From positions 5,609 through 69,608 of the forward strand of contig JAYZDF010000089.1 of assembly GCA_036337945.1 (NCBI GenBank): a DNA stretch of 64,000 nucleotides. The letters run 5' to 3'. The stretch is from Myxococcota bacterium. GTDB lineage: Bacteria; Myxococcota; Kuafuiibacteriia; Kuafuiibacteriales; Kuafuiibacteriaceae. Of this stretch, positions 54,769 through 64,000 are shown piece after piece (positions within the stretch are counted from its first letter, which is position 1; every line of letters begins with the position of its first letter). Position numbers and translations under genes: made by a program. The notes beneath the pieces are model-generated. The model was not told the DNA's origin and searched no databases. It saw only the letters and a program-made list of their open reading frames with translations.

Positions 54769-57492
54769 ATGAATTTGACTGTAGCCGCGATCACACTTTT
54801 TCTTGCGGCACCCGACCCAACCCCCAACCCGACACTCATCTCTCTTCGAGACCAGTCCAAAACCACGTTCTCTCAAGAGCAAGAAACTGCAGCTTGCATT
54901 GTCAAAACATCGCTTCTTAATGAGTTTCGTCGAAACGGCGGATACGATGTATTACCCTTAGACAAAACTCCGCCCGACAAATCACAAAAAACGATCACAC
55001 TCAGTGTCGAATTAGGTTCGGATGGAGCTTGGACGGTCACTTATCCAAAGTCGGATGAAACCTATACCCTTTTTCTTCAGCCCAACCGAGCGATAGGCCC
55101 TCAACTGCGACCCCTGCGCGCTCACTTCGGTCTAAAACCCGAGGTAAGTGGCTACCCATTTAATTTCAATGACCAGGCAATGGCCTTTTTATGCAGGGGA
55201 CAGAAGAAAAAAGCGTTACAAACTACAGGTTCGGCCTTTCATGAAGCCTTTCTCCACGTGGAAAATCTTGAGCTGTCCGCCTCACAAACGGGTCTGTTCA
55301 AAAGCTGGCTACAGGGGAAAGGTCAGCTTATTAAAAAAGAATATCAACAGGCCGAAAAACGCCTGCGTTCCGTCTCTAAACGACTGCAGCGAGGAGAGTG
55401 GATGCCGGACTGGCGCATCGGCAACTCGGAGAACTTCTCAGCCTCATTTGTCCAATTCATCGACGAGCATTTGATCGTATTCAATCAGGGCAAATTCATG
55501 AGTTTGAATCCACGCTCGGGTGAGATGAAATGGCGTTTTTCTCTACCAAAAGGCTTATCAAAGCTTGTCAAATTAGACCCAGGTACGCTCCTCGCAATCT
55601 CCACCCAAAAACTGACAGGCCTGGATCTAGAAAAAGGTATTCCTCGATGGTCCGTGCCTCTCAGCCATCCGCTTGATGAGGTTGTTGTAAAACGTGGAAT
55701 TCTCTACGCAGCCAATAAAGATAGCCTTGTTTCAGTCAACATAGAAACCGGACGCGTGATCTGGAAAAAAGGCAGCCCAAAACGGATAATCGCGGGCCCG
55801 GCTCTGTTTGAGGACTATGTTGTTGTTCCCCAAAGGAATCATCTGTCATTTTACACGAGTCACGACGGGCAGCTGAAACACAGGATAGCTATGCCGGACG
55901 AAGTTTCAGGTCCTCTTTTTTCACTCAATAAAAATGCATTGTGGGCACTCATCGGGGGAAGTCAGATGGGACTCATACGTTCGGAGCCCGTTTTTTCAAC
56001 TCGCTCTGCTGAAACGATGACCACACCGCAATTGACCGCTACGATTTCGGGAGCCTTAGCCGTAGCGTGGCCTCCAAAAAAGTTTGGTGACTCAATCGTC
56101 TTCTCCGCTGAGCACATTAAGCGCGGCCCGTTTGTGAGCCAGGTCAATATTTCAGGAAAAAAACCAGCCCAAATTCGCCATTGGCGCTCCAGTGGACCCG
56201 TTCACCTTCTGGACTCTTTTCAGGGCTTTATATCCCTTTCGCGGAACAGAAGGAGCCTTGCTGCCAAGTCACATCAAGGGAAAAAGCTTTGGCGAAAGAA
56301 ATTTCGGAGCCCCGTGGAAACATTTCATGCGCATCACGACTTAGTCTGGGTTGCTGCAGACCGAATCGCCTTTGCTTTGGACCAGCTCTCCGGAAAAACG
56401 GTTCTCAAGATTCAATTCGATGAACCTATCGTTGAACTAAAAACGTCTCGGTCTCAAGGCGTCGTCGTCAGCAAATCAGGAACGCTTTATGGTTTTAATA
56501 CCGCGCCCTCCAAAACTCAGAGGTCAATTCTTAGTCGAGTACAGACGGACCTCGTTCAATCCTATTTGGGTTCCAACCAGGTACGCAAAGCAAAGAAGCT
56601 GATTAGGGCGATGGATAGAGACCCAAAAAACCCAAGTTTTGCTCGGTTCTGGAATCCTCTTTTAGACCCGAAATGGTATCCCAAATCAGGCCAGGAGGTG
56701 CCATTTCATCCCTCATCTCTTCGATCTCGCCCTTTTTATCAGCGACTATTGCGATCAACTGGTGCCTCGCGTCTTATGACGCTTACGTCGTCGATTCCCG
56801 ACCAAATGTTTTTGGCGAACATTCTTCGCGATACGATTAAACAGGCACCGATACCTCAGTCGAAAAATCTCAAAACCCAAGCGATCCGAGCGGCATATCC
56901 AAAAGAGAAGCTTTTGGCGGCCGGCAGTGAATTTATCGTTTTGGCCGCAACAACGAGTACTCTCTCAGACACATCGAGCAAAAGCACTCGAATTAGAGTC
57001 TTCGACCACCAAACGGGAAAGCAGCTCTGGCAACGGTCGTATAAAATGCAGCTCAGCGAAGCCGCGGTTGCTAAAGACGGTATTTTGTTCTTCGGCCCGA
57101 ACGATATTATTTCAACCTCAACTGCGAGCGGAATAAAAAGATACAAGAGTAGCTCACCTGGCGGAGACAAGCTCTATGTATCCTCTTATCGAACATCTTG
57201 GCTTCTCGCTGCGGGTAAAAGGGTTATGCTGCTCAACAAAAAGACCGGCACACTGAATAAAACGTATTCTCTCGGCGCCAAAATCAAGGCCTTTTCACAC
57301 TCCAACGGAAGCAATACAGCTTTCATTATCGACACCGAATCAAACCTCCATTTACTGAGTCTGAACAGCGATAGGAAAAAGACATACAAGCGAGTTCCCT
57401 TCAGCCGCTTGTATAGCGGCCATGGGGCAACCGTCGCCTTTCGACCGGGTGCAAGCTCTGCATTCATCTTAGAGCCTAACGATCAAAAATAA
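54769..57492 (+). CDS. PQQ-like beta-propeller repeat protein
   Basis: Repeated L...SGE.KW / TG.VIW / GK.LW blades; signal-like N-terminus. Confidence 0.75.
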   Translation: MNLTVAAITLFLAAPDPTPNPTLISLRDQSKTTFSQEQETAACIVKTSLLNEFRRNGGYDVLPLDKTPPDKSQKTITLSVELGSDGAWTVTYPKSDETYTLFLQPNRAIGPQLRPLRAHFGLKPEVSGYPFNFNDQAMAFLCRGQKKKALQTTGSAFHEAFLHVENLELSASQTGLFKSWLQGKGQLIKKEYQQAEKRLRSVSKRLQRGEWMPDWRIGNSENFSASFVQFIDEHLIVFNQGKFMSLNPRSGEMKWRFSLPKGLSKLVKLDPGTLLAISTQKLTGLDLEKGIPRWSVPLSHPLDEVVVKRGILYAANKDSLVSVNIETGRVIWKKGSPKRIIAGPALFEDYVVVPQRNHLSFYTSHDGQLKHRIAMPDEVSGPLFSLNKNALWALIGGSQMGLIRSEPVFSTRSAETMTTPQLTATISGALAVAWPPKKFGDSIVFSAEHIKRGPFVSQVNISGKKPAQIRHWRSSGPVHLLDSFQGFISLSRNRRSLAAKSHQGKKLWRKKFRSPVETFHAHHDLVWVAADRIAFALDQLSGKTVLKIQFDEPIVELKTSRSQGVVVSKSGTLYGFNTAPSKTQRSILSRVQTDLVQSYLGSNQVRKAKKLIRAMDRDPKNPSFARFWNPLLDPKWYPKSGQEVPFHPSSLRSRPFYQRLLRSTGASRLMTLTSSIPDQMFLANILRDTIKQAPIPQSKNLKTQAIRAAYPKEKLLAAGSEFIVLAATTSTLSDTSSKSTRIRVFDHQTGKQLWQRSYKMQLSEAAVAKDGILFFGPNDIISTSTASGIKRYKSSSPGGDKLYVSSYRTSWLLAAGKRVMLLNKKTGTLNKTYSLGAKIKAFSHSNGSNTAFIIDTESNLHLLSLNSDRKKTYKRVPFSRLYSGHGATVAFRPGASSAFILEPNDQK

Positions 57493-57494
57493 GG

Positions 57495-58616
57495 CTACTC
57501 GAGGTCCTTAAGTTCAGAATATCTGAAGTCGCGAATTGTAGGGTCAGTTCGAACTCGAATATTCTTTGTCACCCCCGAAAAATCACCTTCAGGATGCTGC
57601 ACATCGTCATCCTCTGCAATTGTATCTACAGCACTCACAGCAGCAGGATTTCCTTGAAGCGGTCTCCCCCCAACCGTTGCTTCCTCGCGGTTATTCGCAG
57701 GAATCTGATGACCCACGGAAGCGCTCGGCGCACGCGGCGGATGAATTTTCCGGAACAAGTCGAGCGGATTTATTTTGTTTGGCGCAGCAAGCCTTTCTCT
57801 CACCTCGTCCATCGAGGCGGGACGTTTCTCCGGTTCAAAGGCGATCATCGAATTTACTAGGTTTACGATATCAGAGGGACAGTCAGGCCTCTCAACAGCA
57901 GGAGACGGCAAACCTTTTTCCTGTTGGATTCTCATTTCAATGGCAGACAGAAGCGGATTGGCTACGGGTTCTAACTTGTATGGGAGTTTCTTTGTAAGAA
58001 GCCGATACAAGACGATACCCAGGGCGTATATGTCACCGGCCGGCGAGCCTCTCTCTCCATCAATAATCTCTGGCGCGAGGTAAGTCGGGGTACCCACGGT
58101 TGTCCCTGTAATGGTCAACTTTTCGGAGTCCTCACCCAGGGCCAGACCGAAATCGACGAGTTTTACAGTCTGACCATCTGAAAGAACAAATATGTTCCCA
58201 AGTTTCACGTCTCGATGTGCAACTTCTCTAGAGTGCGCGTAGCTAAGCGCTGATGACACCTGAGACAGAACAAAGCGTATATAGTCTACCGGCCAGGGGT
58301 GCTCATCCAGTGCGATTAACGCCGCAAGCGAATTCCCCTCTAGGAGCTCCATAGGCAAGAAAAGACGGCCCGCTTGCTCAAAAGCAGGCAATGTTTTTAC
58401 GATATTTGGATGTTCGAGCCGTGCACAAATCGCGGCTTCTTGTAAAAAACGAGTTTTGAGCTCATCAAGTTTCGAAAGTTCAGGCCTTAAAATCTTGATC
58501 GCGTAATCGCGACCATCGAGACGATGACGTGCTCGAAAAATAACCCCGACCGCACCACGACCTATTTCCTCACAGAAATCCCATTCTCGAATTGTCGAGC
58601 CCGGTTGAATGCGCAT
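57495..58616 (-). CDS. cytoplasmic Ser/Thr protein kinase
   Basis: GRGAVG, YAIK, HRDVKLGN, DFG, GTPTYLAPE; no TM. Confidence 0.9.
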   Translation of the reverse strand: MRIQPGSTIREWDFCEEIGRGAVGVIFRARHRLDGRDYAIKILRPELSKLDELKTRFLQEAAICARLEHPNIVKTLPAFEQAGRLFLPMELLEGNSLAALIALDEHPWPVDYIRFVLSQVSSALSYAHSREVAHRDVKLGNIFVLSDGQTVKLVDFGLALGEDSEKLTITGTTVGTPTYLAPEIIDGERGSPAGDIYALGIVLYRLLTKKLPYKLEPVANPLLSAIEMRIQQEKGLPSPAVERPDCPSDIVNLVNSMIAFEPEKRPASMDEVRERLAAPNKINPLDLFRKIHPPRAPSASVGHQIPANNREEATVGGRPLQGNPAAVSAVDTIAEDDDVQHPEGDFSGVTKNIRVRTDPTIRDFRYSELKDLE

Positions 58617-58739
58617 GCGGCGAGTATACACAATTCCCAACGCTTACCGTCACATTTTGTCCTCTTCTGGAGAATCTTTCCATTGAATGCTAGTATAAAA
58701 GCGGTCGTTTATTTCGACCGTCCGCAAGGTAAAACACGC

Positions 58740-60398
58740 ATGTCCACTGAAACTGTTCAAAGCAGGGCGCCAGCACCGAAGAAGAAAAAAAAGCGCCCTC
58801 CTCTTCCTATTCCTCTCGGAGAGGTCCTGAACGGCTATAAACTAATCAAAGTCGTGGGTCGTGGAGGCATGGGCACGGTTTACTTGGGTGAGCATGAGCT
58901 TCTCGGAAGAAAAGCTGCGGTAAAAGTCCTCGCCAAAAGCTTCTGGAATGACCAAGAATTTGTATCGCGATTTTTTAGCGAAGCGCAGGTCGCAACCAAG
59001 ATTAGCAACCCAAATATCGTCGATATTCTTGATTTTATCCATACCGAAAACCCCAAACGAATCGCGTATGTTATGGAGTTAGTCCAAGGTCCAACCCTGA
59101 AGGCTTGCATCCAGAATCATCGGTTTTCTCTTGCACAAAGCATCAATGTGAGTGCCCAGCTTGCGTCTGCACTTCGTGATGCTCACGAAGCAGGTGTCAT
59201 TCATAGAGACCTCAAACCCGCAAATATCTTGGTCGTTGAGCCACTCGACTCGGACCTATCCATTCTTCCTAGCGTGAAGTTACTCGACTTTGGCATCGCG
59301 AAAGTGACTTCGGGTCAAGTCAACCATCAAACCATGCAAGGAACGGTACTCGGAACTCCAAAATATATGGCGCCAGAGCAAATCAGCGCAGAGCCGGTTA
59401 GTCCGGCGACAGATATTTACGCGCTTGGAGAGATTTTCTTCGAGATGGTGACAGGTCAACGAATCTTCAACGGCCCCAACAAGCTGGTCATGGCTCACAA
59501 GCTAAGCGGCAAGATTCCAGAACTTGAATGCCCCGCTGATATCCCGGGGAGCGAAAGAATCATTCAACTCACAAATGCCTGCCTTCAGCCTGACCCAGTG
59601 AAGCGAATCTCGATCGACGAATTTTCGTCAATGTTACAATTGTTGCGAGAGAATACAGACATAGACAGTTCGTTGCCGATTACCAGACGCAGGCAGTCGT
59701 GGACTGCAGAAGATATCCCTTCAGACAGTAATCCAAGCGTTTCCGCGGTTCCTGTGTCTGCGGCAGCGCCAAATCGACCGAACTCAGTCACAGCAACGAA
59801 CGCCGAAAGTTTCTCACCGCCGCAAAAGAAGCGAGCCCCCATAATGTTGATCGCGACCGGGGTGCTCATCGCTGCTACTTTCATTGCTGCTTACTCGCTT
59901 TTGCAAACGCCCAAACAACAAGAAAAGACAGCGCAACCAACGACCCGTAGCGAGCCGGCCCCTGCCACAACAGATAAGAAAATCATTTCCAAAGTAATAC
60001 GGCTTACATCAGAGCCTGCAGGAGCATCCGTCATTGATGTGCAGCGTAATACTCGACTTGGTACAACGCCCTACCAGCTTGAGTATACCGACGGAGACAT
60101 AATCCAATTACGACTCACGACTGACGGATATCGACCTTATCCCATTCGAATCACTGAGTGGGCGAGCGAGATTCACTATCGCCTCACAAAACGGGCAAAT
60201 AGTCCCACGATACAACCGGCTCCCGTCAGTGAATCTAAATCTAAAACGTCTCCAATGAGAAAAAAAACCACGGCGATACCTGGGCAAAAAGAGCCGATCC
60301 GAACCAAGAATCAAGGTATGGAAGAGCCCGAAGTCGAACCCACTCGAGATGGAGATGATACTTCACCTATGAATCGACAGGATATGCCTAGCTGGTGA
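58740..60398 (+). CDS. membrane Ser/Thr kinase with PEGA-like domain
   Basis: GRGGMG, AAVK, HRDLKPAN, DFG, GTPKYMAPEQ; TM; SEPAGASV...LGTTP PEGA-like segment. Confidence 0.92.
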   Translation: MSTETVQSRAPAPKKKKKRPPLPIPLGEVLNGYKLIKVVGRGGMGTVYLGEHELLGRKAAVKVLAKSFWNDQEFVSRFFSEAQVATKISNPNIVDILDFIHTENPKRIAYVMELVQGPTLKACIQNHRFSLAQSINVSAQLASALRDAHEAGVIHRDLKPANILVVEPLDSDLSILPSVKLLDFGIAKVTSGQVNHQTMQGTVLGTPKYMAPEQISAEPVSPATDIYALGEIFFEMVTGQRIFNGPNKLVMAHKLSGKIPELECPADIPGSERIIQLTNACLQPDPVKRISIDEFSSMLQLLRENTDIDSSLPITRRRQSWTAEDIPSDSNPSVSAVPVSAAAPNRPNSVTATNAESFSPPQKKRAPIMLIATGVLIAATFIAAYSLLQTPKQQEKTAQPTTRSEPAPATTDKKIISKVIRLTSEPAGASVIDVQRNTRLGTTPYQLEYTDGDIIQLRLTTDGYRPYPIRITEWASEIHYRLTKRANSPTIQPAPVSESKSKTSPMRKKTTAIPGQKEPIRTKNQGMEEPEVEPTRDGDDTSPMNRQDMPSW

Positions 60399-60418
60399 TG
60401 GAAACTAGTTCGAGTAAG

Positions 60419-61981
60419 TTACCATTGAGGCATCTCTTCGCGATTCATGGGACTTTCTGAGTCTTCGTTCTCCGGACTTCGTATCACCGGCTTCTTCCTC
60501 TCATTCACTTTTCTTTTTGGCTGCAGTTTTCGCACAGGAGCGAGAACAGGTTTTTCTTGCACATCTTTCTGCTTGGTTGGCCTATCAACGACAGGGACTG
60601 CAGACCGCTGCGGCAAAGGTTTTTGGGTGGTCTTTGGCGCTTCTGATTTCGAGGGAGTCTCATCTATAAGCATCTTCGAATTCTTCGTAGAAATACCTTT
60701 TTCTGCGGGCTCTACAGACCGCTTTTCCCGAGTTTCGGATTGCTCTTTCGGAGCACGAATAGTCGATTCTGTATCGACAGGTGCGTCCTTCGTAGAATAA
60801 GCAATCGCGATAAGTATTGCTGCCGCAATACCGAGAACCAATAGGAACACACTCGGTCTATCAGCTCGATACGCCAGTGACGTCAGGGTGGTTTGATTGT
60901 CCGAAAGCCCCAATAAATCTTCTTGAGAGTCCTGTATCTTTTCGAAATCACCTGTCGTAACCGCCGGAATGGTTGAGGAACGGTCTGTCACTGAACCCTG
61001 AACGAGGCCACCAACTGATATTTGAGACATGTCTGAATCCGCTGGCGTTTGAATCCATGTTCCAACAGCCTCCGAAAACTCGCTCAGTCCCAATCGATCG
61101 GCTGGTTCACGAGCTAAGCCCGCTCGAATCAGACGGGTTAGGTAGTCCACATGTAATGCATCACTCGGCAAATTTAGCGTTAATGGTTTATGAGACAACT
61201 TCGCTTGAAAAACGGCCATATTGCTTCCAACAAAAACCGGTTGGCCTGTCAGCATCTCGTACAGCAGCTCAGCAAGTGCATACACGTCGGTTTTTGGGGA
61301 GACATTGTCATTTCCTATCTGCTCTGGAGCCATATAACGCGGCGTGCCCATCATGACGCCCGCTTCCGTCGGGTTGGAAGACAAGCTGTCATCGTCGTTC
61401 CGTCGTTCGTGTTCAATCTTAGCGATGCCGAAGTCCAAAATCTTTACACACGGAATAACCGACAAATCAGAATCAGGAGACTCTACCAAAACAATATTCT
61501 CAGGCTTCAAGTCTCGATGTACAACCCCGAGTTCGTGAGCCGCCGCAAGAGCCGAGCATAGTTGTCGCGAAACATTCGCTGTTTGAATTCGGCTCAAGCG
61601 TCGTTCTTTCAATACATCCGCCAGACTGGGGCCCTTTATATATTCCATCACATAGGCAATGACGTGTGGTGTTTCCGTCTGAACAAAGTCGACAATATCA
61701 ACAATGTTTGCGTGACGAATGTCGTTTACTACTCGAGCTTCGTGGAAAAAGCGACGAACCAAATCAGGCTGATGGCTCAAATGCGGGTAAAGAACCTTCA
61801 CGGCCGCCCGGCGCCCGAGTAGCGTATGCGTTCCTAGATAAACGCATCCGGCGGAGCCTTCACCAAGAACCCGGTCTAATCGATACCCGCCTATGACCTC
61901 ACCCAATTGAATGGGTAAAGAATTGGATAAGTTTGAAAGTGCGTTTGTTTCGTCGCCTGTTTGTTCGAGGTCTTCTGACAA
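60419..61981 (-). CDS. membrane Ser/Thr kinase (paralog of 58740-60398)
   Basis: GEGSAG, AAVK, HRDLKPEN, DFG, GTPRYMAPEQ; TM VFLLVLGIAAAILIAIAY. Confidence 0.92.
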   Translation of the reverse strand: MSEDLEQTGDETNALSNLSNSLPIQLGEVIGGYRLDRVLGEGSAGCVYLGTHTLLGRRAAVKVLYPHLSHQPDLVRRFFHEARVVNDIRHANIVDIVDFVQTETPHVIAYVMEYIKGPSLADVLKERRLSRIQTANVSRQLCSALAAAHELGVVHRDLKPENIVLVESPDSDLSVIPCVKILDFGIAKIEHERRNDDDSLSSNPTEAGVMMGTPRYMAPEQIGNDNVSPKTDVYALAELLYEMLTGQPVFVGSNMAVFQAKLSHKPLTLNLPSDALHVDYLTRLIRAGLAREPADRLGLSEFSEAVGTWIQTPADSDMSQISVGGLVQGSVTDRSSTIPAVTTGDFEKIQDSQEDLLGLSDNQTTLTSLAYRADRPSVFLLVLGIAAAILIAIAYSTKDAPVDTESTIRAPKEQSETREKRSVEPAEKGISTKNSKMLIDETPSKSEAPKTTQKPLPQRSAVPVVDRPTKQKDVQEKPVLAPVRKLQPKRKVNERKKPVIRSPENEDSESPMNREEMPQW

Positions 61982-61983
61982 CT

Positions 61984-62568
61984 CTACTTCCCGTCTCGTT
62001 GGCCGGGTTTCCAGAGAATCTCGCCGAACTGCCCTTTAACCGCAACGTATCTACCTACCACAAAAAGCCAATCACTGAGTCGATTCAAGTACTGAATCAA
62101 TTCTGTTCTCTGTTCTTGTAACTTGCTCAGTGCGACCACTCTTCGTTCGGCACGGCGACACACCGTACGCGCCTGGTGAATGAGCGCGGATGTCTTACCT
62201 CCTCCGGGAAGAATGAAAGACTTCAGAGTCGGCAGCTCCAAATTGTAAGCATCTATCTCTTGCTCTAAAGTCTCAATATCCTCAGATGAAACCAAAATTT
62301 GTTGTGGATGCAGATCCTCTGGCAATGTTGCCAATTCGCCGCCCGCATCAAACAATTCGTGCTGGATTCGACGCAATTTTGCGGGCAGGTCCGAGTTTTC
62401 CTCGAATTCACCCAGTTCTATCACCAGGCCAACGACGGCATTGAGTTCATCGACCGTGCCATACGCTTCAAGGCGTGAATCGTCCTTCGAAATCTCTTGC
62501 CCACCGGCTAGTCGTGTTACGCCAAGATCGCCGGTCCTAGTATAAACCCGGTTTATTGTAATTCCCAC
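61984..62568 (-). CDS. pduO: ATP:cob(I)alamin adenosyltransferase, PduO type
   Basis: VYTRTGD.G.T.L, EAYGTVDELN, FILPGG, ARTVCRRAER, YLNRLSDWLF. Confidence 0.92.
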   Translation of the reverse strand: MGITINRVYTRTGDLGVTRLAGGQEISKDDSRLEAYGTVDELNAVVGLVIELGEFEENSDLPAKLRRIQHELFDAGGELATLPEDLHPQQILVSSEDIETLEQEIDAYNLELPTLKSFILPGGGKTSALIHQARTVCRRAERRVVALSKLQEQRTELIQYLNRLSDWLFVVGRYVAVKGQFGEILWKPGQRDGK

Positions 62569-62710
62569 ACGGCGGGAATAGAACGTTCCGCCTACTACAG
62601 GCAAGCCATCCTAGTGAAAAAATTGCCATTTTCTCTGCGTGCGAGAATTTTTTAATGTGCAAGACCCACGATTGCTAGTATCCACGCACAGCCCAAACAG
62701 GGCGCAACCG

Positions 62711-63211
62711 GTGAACGTGGTGTTTTCAAAAACAAATGTGGCATTCATTGCTCTTGGAGCTAACTTGGACCGGCCTCGTGAATGTATAGAACTCGCTGTT
62801 GAGCATTTCGGAACAAACGAAATCAAAGTCTTACGGCGCGCCTCACTCTACCGCTCCCCTCCGATGGGCCCCCAAGACCAGCCGGACTTTATTAATACGG
62901 TCGTCGAAGTCCAAGTTGAATATACGGCCCGCGAGCTATTACAGAAGCTCCAAACTATCGAGAGTCTGATGGGTAAAAAAAAGATACGCCATTGGGGACC
63001 TCGAATCATCGATTTAGATCTTATCCTTTTCGGGGAGCAGATTATAAGCTCAGACACGCTGATGGTGCCTCATCCAAGAATGCACGAGCGCCGATTTGTA
63101 CTCGAGCCATTAGCAGAACTGTCACCCGACATCATTGTTCCAACCCATGACAAATCCGTCAAAGCACTCGAGGCGGAACTTACTGATCCAGCAATATTTC
63201 GGCTGGCTTGA
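62711..63211 (+). CDS. folK: 2-amino-4-hydroxy-6-hydroxymethyldihydropteridine diphosphokinase
   Basis: IALGANL, PMGPQDQPDFIN, WGPRIIDLDLI, VPHPRMHERRFVLEPL; start approximate. Confidence 0.95.
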   Translation: MNVVFSKTNVAFIALGANLDRPRECIELAVEHFGTNEIKVLRRASLYRSPPMGPQDQPDFINTVVEVQVEYTARELLQKLQTIESLMGKKKIRHWGPRIIDLDLILFGEQIISSDTLMVPHPRMHERRFVLEPLAELSPDIIVPTHDKSVKALEAELTDPAIFRLA

Positions 63212-63243
63212 CTTGTCCTTTCGGGCGTTTCAATCTGCCAATT

Positions 63244-64000
63244 GTGAGAGCTATTGTAGCAATCGGCGCGCTGCTTGTCCTTATTTGCACAGCTTGTGAA
63301 TTCGACCGTGCAACGGTGGACTCAGATTCTCTCGAACGTATCGCTAAACTAAAAAACGACGCGATTACGCAACCGACAAGTGTTCAAGCCCATTATTCAC
63401 TCGCTTTGAGCCTCGAAGAGGCGGGTTTAGACATGGAGGCGGCAGATACGTATCACCAAGTCTTGCAGCTCAACGATACTCATGGGCCTAGCCTTGGGGC
63501 ACTTGGGCGCCTCTACGAAAAGCTAGGATACTTTACAGCATCCTATCGGCAACTCATGACGTGTGTGCGGGTCGCGCCTGATCAACCCGAGTGTCTTTAC
63601 CAACTGGGTGCACTTCTCCAAAGAGACGGCTCTAACGCGGGACTACAGCAAAGCCTAACCTACTGGCGGCGGTTTCTTGAGACCGCTCAGAATCATCCGA
63701 AACGTGCTGAAGTTCAGCGACGCCTGAACGAAGTTGAGGCCCAGCTAGATACGGCCTTAGACAAGACTCCGCCATCAAACGAGGTGGCGGCTGCAGCTCC
63801 CACGGGTGCGCCACAAGCAGCCTCCGCTCTACCAAACCACTCGAGTGAAAAGTCTGACGATTCCGTAGGAGAACTCAATCCATTCGGAAAGGCCATTGGT
63901 GAGGCCATTGCAGCAATTCGTAAAAAAGATTCACCGACCGCCGAAAAAGCCTTTCGTAGAGCTCTTGCGCTCAGGCCTAACGACGCCGGCGCGATGGCCG
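63244..64000 (+). CDS. TPR-repeat lipoprotein (3'-truncated; absent from ORF track)
   Basis: Hand translation from GTG 63244: VRAIVAIGALLVLICTAC...AHYSLALSLEEAG...LGALGRLYEKLG...CLYQLGALL; open to the window end. Confidence 0.8.
   Translation, partial: MRAIVAIGALLVLICTACEFDRATVDSDSLERIAKLKNDAITQPTSVQAHYSLALSLEEAGLDMEAADTYHQVLQLNDTHGPSLGALGRLYEKLGYFTASYRQLMTCVRVAPDQPECLYQLGALLQRDGSNAGLQQSLTYWRRFLETAQNHPKRAEVQRRLNEVEAQLDTALDKTPPSNEVAAAAPTGAPQAASALPNHSSEKSDDSVGELNPFGKAIGEAIAAIRKKDSPTAEKAFRRALALRPNDAGAMA

Noticed and set aside
1-64000. CRISPR arrays, tRNA/rRNA, IS elements, integrases, prophage genes
   Set aside because: None recognised; intergenic gaps are short and lack regular repeats or cloverleaf signatures. 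A by-eye scan could miss small RNAs.

Overview
Gene-dense (~50% GC by eye) bacterial chromosomal segment, most likely from a Myxococcota-like deltaproteobacterium. Supporting signs are four Hanks-type Ser/Thr kinases, many Cys-rich, vWA and IPT lipoproteins, a MYXO-CTERM-like tail and a delta-type PilA. Recognisable housekeeping genes: ABC transporter pair, long-chain acyl-CoA ligase, mltF, partial menaquinone operon (polyprenyl synthase-ubiE/menG-menF-menD-menA), atoE-like transporter, DEAD-box helicase, HEAT-cyclophilin, MscS, pduO-type adenosyltransferase and folK. I saw no rRNA, tRNA, CRISPR array or mobile element. Four observations stand out. (1) A tightly coupled four-gene operon (19506-23507) made of apparent pseudoenzymes: a Fic protein without the catalytic His, two paralogous nucleotidyltransferase-like/LbH proteins lacking the GxGTR motif, and an HtrA-fold protein with all three triad residues replaced. 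(2) A motif-dead CpaF/TadA-like ATPase with an acidic tail, followed by a SycD/LcrH-like TPR chaperone and three small substrate-like proteins (33185-36567); two of these genes carry identically spaced sigma28-like -10 motifs. (3) Two facing operons that each pair a large surface lipoprotein with one of two paralogous ~60-Cys lipoproteins. (4) Tail-to-tail paralogous kinases sharing a terminal SPMNRxxMPxW motif. All family calls come from motif recognition by eye; no database searches were run.
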